Below, piece by piece: positions 61,918-64,000 of a stretch of 64,000 bases of DNA. The stretch lies in contig NC_068983.1 in assembly GCF_001194135.2 (NCBI RefSeq), positions 35,875,335 through 35,939,334 of the forward strand, given 5' to 3'. Every line of letters begins with the position of its first letter. Positions within the stretch are counted from its first letter, which is position 1. The stretch is from Octopus bimaculoides (lineage: Eukaryota). The translations under genes were made by a program, and so were the position numbers. The notes below the pieces were generated by a model. That model did no database searches. It was not told where the DNA came from and was given only the letters and a program-made list of their open reading frames with translations.

Positions 61918-62235
61918 ACTTAGATGACTCCTCCACGAACAACATTCCTCAAGAAAGTTGTGCATACGTAATTATGATGTGTATTTATGGATGAGGCAGT
62001 TAAATACTTTTTGATCTACAAATATTCCCAGGCTTATTGGATTGTCCAATTATCTGTGTGAACTCTGCAGTCAAAAGATACAAACTGCACCTCTTTAAAC
62101 TGTGTCCTTGACCCTTATTTACTGATATAACAAAAGCAAGCCTAACAGGAAATTGTAATATTTTCAGAATAAATGATAAATCATTGTCAAACATTTCAAA
62201 AGAAATCTAGAGAATTATCTACACTGTTTCCTAAC
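61918..62235 (-). pseudogene. Helitron RepHel PIF1-family helicase C-terminal fragment
   Basis: ORF 62000..62194: DLSFILKILQFPVRLAFVISVNKGQGHSLKRCSLYL matches Helitron helicase DLPF.FKR.QFPVRLAFAMTINKSQGQSL..GL.L; upstream in-frame stop; motif VI (HGQLYVA.SR) is lost. Confidence 0.8.
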
Positions 62236-62929
62236 ACTGTAACATATCTTTTAATTGTTTCAGTCATTAGACTGTGGCTATGCTGGGGCACCACCTAGAG
62301 GAATCTTTAGTCAAATGAATCAACCCTATTATTTTTTTAAGCCTGACACTTATTCTGTTGGTTCCTTTTGCCGAACCACTAAGTTATAGGGGTATAAACA
62401 AATCAACAATGGTTGTCAAACAGTGATAGAGAACAAACACAAAAGATACACACACAGACTTCTTTCAGTTTCCATCTTTGGTTGGCCCAAGACTACAGTA
62501 AAAGACACTTGCACAAGGTGTCACAGAGTGGAACTGAACTTAGAAGCATGTAGTTTGGAAAAAAACTGCTTACTACACACCCATGTCTGCACCTAATGAA
62601 TAAATTGAATAAATTTACTATTTTATATTTTTTTTCTACAAGCAGCAAATTGGCAGAGCATAGCACAGTGTCATGCAGTATGTATTCCAACTCTATATGT
62701 TCTGAATTCAAACCCTGTGATGGTCAAATTTTGCCTTCCAACTTGTTGGGGCCAATAAAAGTACCAATAAAGGGTAGGGGAAGGATAAACTGAATAAATG
62801 ATATACCTTATGTCTGACAGTATTTGCCCCACCTCTTAGCTAAGTGAGTTCAAGTCCTGCCACAGCATATTTGAGTAGTAGACCTAATCTGCTGTTGGGC
62901 CAAACACAACAATCTAGAATCTTGAGTGA

Positions 62930-63200
62930 CAGGTGGAGGTGTTATGAACATTGCAATGCCTTCCATGCCAGCTCACATAAAGGAGGAAAGTGATTTCACG
63001 TCATTCAAACAAATACCAGATAAACCACTCACACCCGGATGTGTCTCTGAAAGCAATAACTCTCTGCTCGAATGGGCTATGGTACCCCAAGAGCTGACTG
63101 TGTATCTCTTCCGGGTGGTACTATTAAATTAGACATGGCCTGGGACAAGTTCAGCTGAAACTTATCTAAGTAATCTAAGTAATATCTATCAACAGCTAAA
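62930..63200 (+). mobile_element. Second CR1-type LINE 3' end
   Basis: MPAHIKEESDFTSFKQIPDKPLTPGCVSESNNSLLEW resembles the LP..I....FK..LD.FL..IPD.P..PGY...NSL terminus, with a deletion; (CTAAGTAAT)2 tail. Confidence 0.6.
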
Positions 63201-63383
63201 GAAGAGCTTAGCTTTGCCAAGACTGGTGACGCTCAAGAGCAGCTTCAAAGGACCCAGCATAAAGAAGGTATTCAGAATGGATGGGGGTCAAAATCATGGT
63301 GCTCCTTAATTTTTACTGATGTAAACTAAAAGTTTAATCTGCTGTAATGTATTGTAGTACATTCCCCACCACCACTACCTACA

Positions 63384-63832
63384 TATCATCATCATCATCT
63401 TAATGTTCACTTTTCCACACTTGTAAGGGTCAGATAGAATGAAATGAGGGAGATTCTCTATGACCAGATGCCTTTCCTATTGCCAATCCCCACCAGTTTC
63501 CAACCAAGATATTCTGCCGTTGCTGGACATATTTTCATGGAAGATTAGAAATGGATGACACCATTTATGTGACAGTAACACACATTTACAGCAATTGCAC
63601 AATATCAAGACAAGGACTCACAACCACTCACAAATATATACATACACATGAGAATTAAACAATGACAATAAGTGTTGAATGCTGTATTTGCAACCAAGAT
63701 GGAGAACAAGTACCAATATATCTAAGTGGTTTGCTTGAAAAATTGTGGAGATCTCTTCAACATGAAACCATTGGTTGCCTTGTTAATCCACAAGTGTATG
63801 TGCATGTATGTGTTTGTACGCATGTATGTATG

Positions 63833-63878
<46 letters not shown>

Positions 63879-63962
63879 ATGAGCTTCTTTGAGTAATCAT
63901 GTATCAAATTCACTCACAAGGCACATGCATGGAAAGCAAAGTCCTTAACCCCACAACCATGC
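63384..63962 (-). mobile_element. SINE family D, interrupted
   Basis: (CAT)n tail and D body at 63384-63620; A-type head remnants at 63880-63962. Confidence 0.6.
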
Positions 63963-64000
63963 CAGTATCATATATATGTGTGTGCGTGTGTGTGTGTATA

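Overview
AT-rich, microsatellite-saturated eukaryotic genomic DNA with 8 N-gaps, almost all bordered by simple repeats (short-read scaffold). I infer a coleoid cephalopod, most likely Octopus, from the SINE/RTE repertoire as I recall it; no database search was run. No complete protein-coding gene, rRNA, true tRNA or CRISPR array is supported, so the window looks like a large intron or intergenic region; only weak candidate exons were found. Content: (i) three tRNA-headed SINE families, here named A (internal microsatellite, (AAAGAGT)n tail), C ((ATT)n tail) and D (A-type head with RTE-type tail), plus rarer SINEs; (ii) many 5'-truncated RTE LINE pieces whose 3' UTR carries a variable-copy ~60-70 bp tandem repeat; (iii) two CR1-type LINE 3' ends; (iv) DNA-transposon derivatives: piggyBac-like TTAA MITEs, Tc1/mariner-pogo-like MITEs, a ~640 bp foldback element with 286 bp arms, Helitron-like non-autonomous elements and a Helitron RepHel/PIF1 helicase fragment; (v) mini- and microsatellites. 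Best second-look items: the foldback element, a 7-copy head-to-tail SINE C stack in (ATT)n tails, the higher-order VNTR in the RTE 3' UTR, a 410 bp local duplication with a templated inversion at its junction, and a 15-bp minisatellite with long stop-free frames. Family names are my labels. Repeat boundaries are by eye (about +/-10-20 bp unless a TSD or TIR is quoted).
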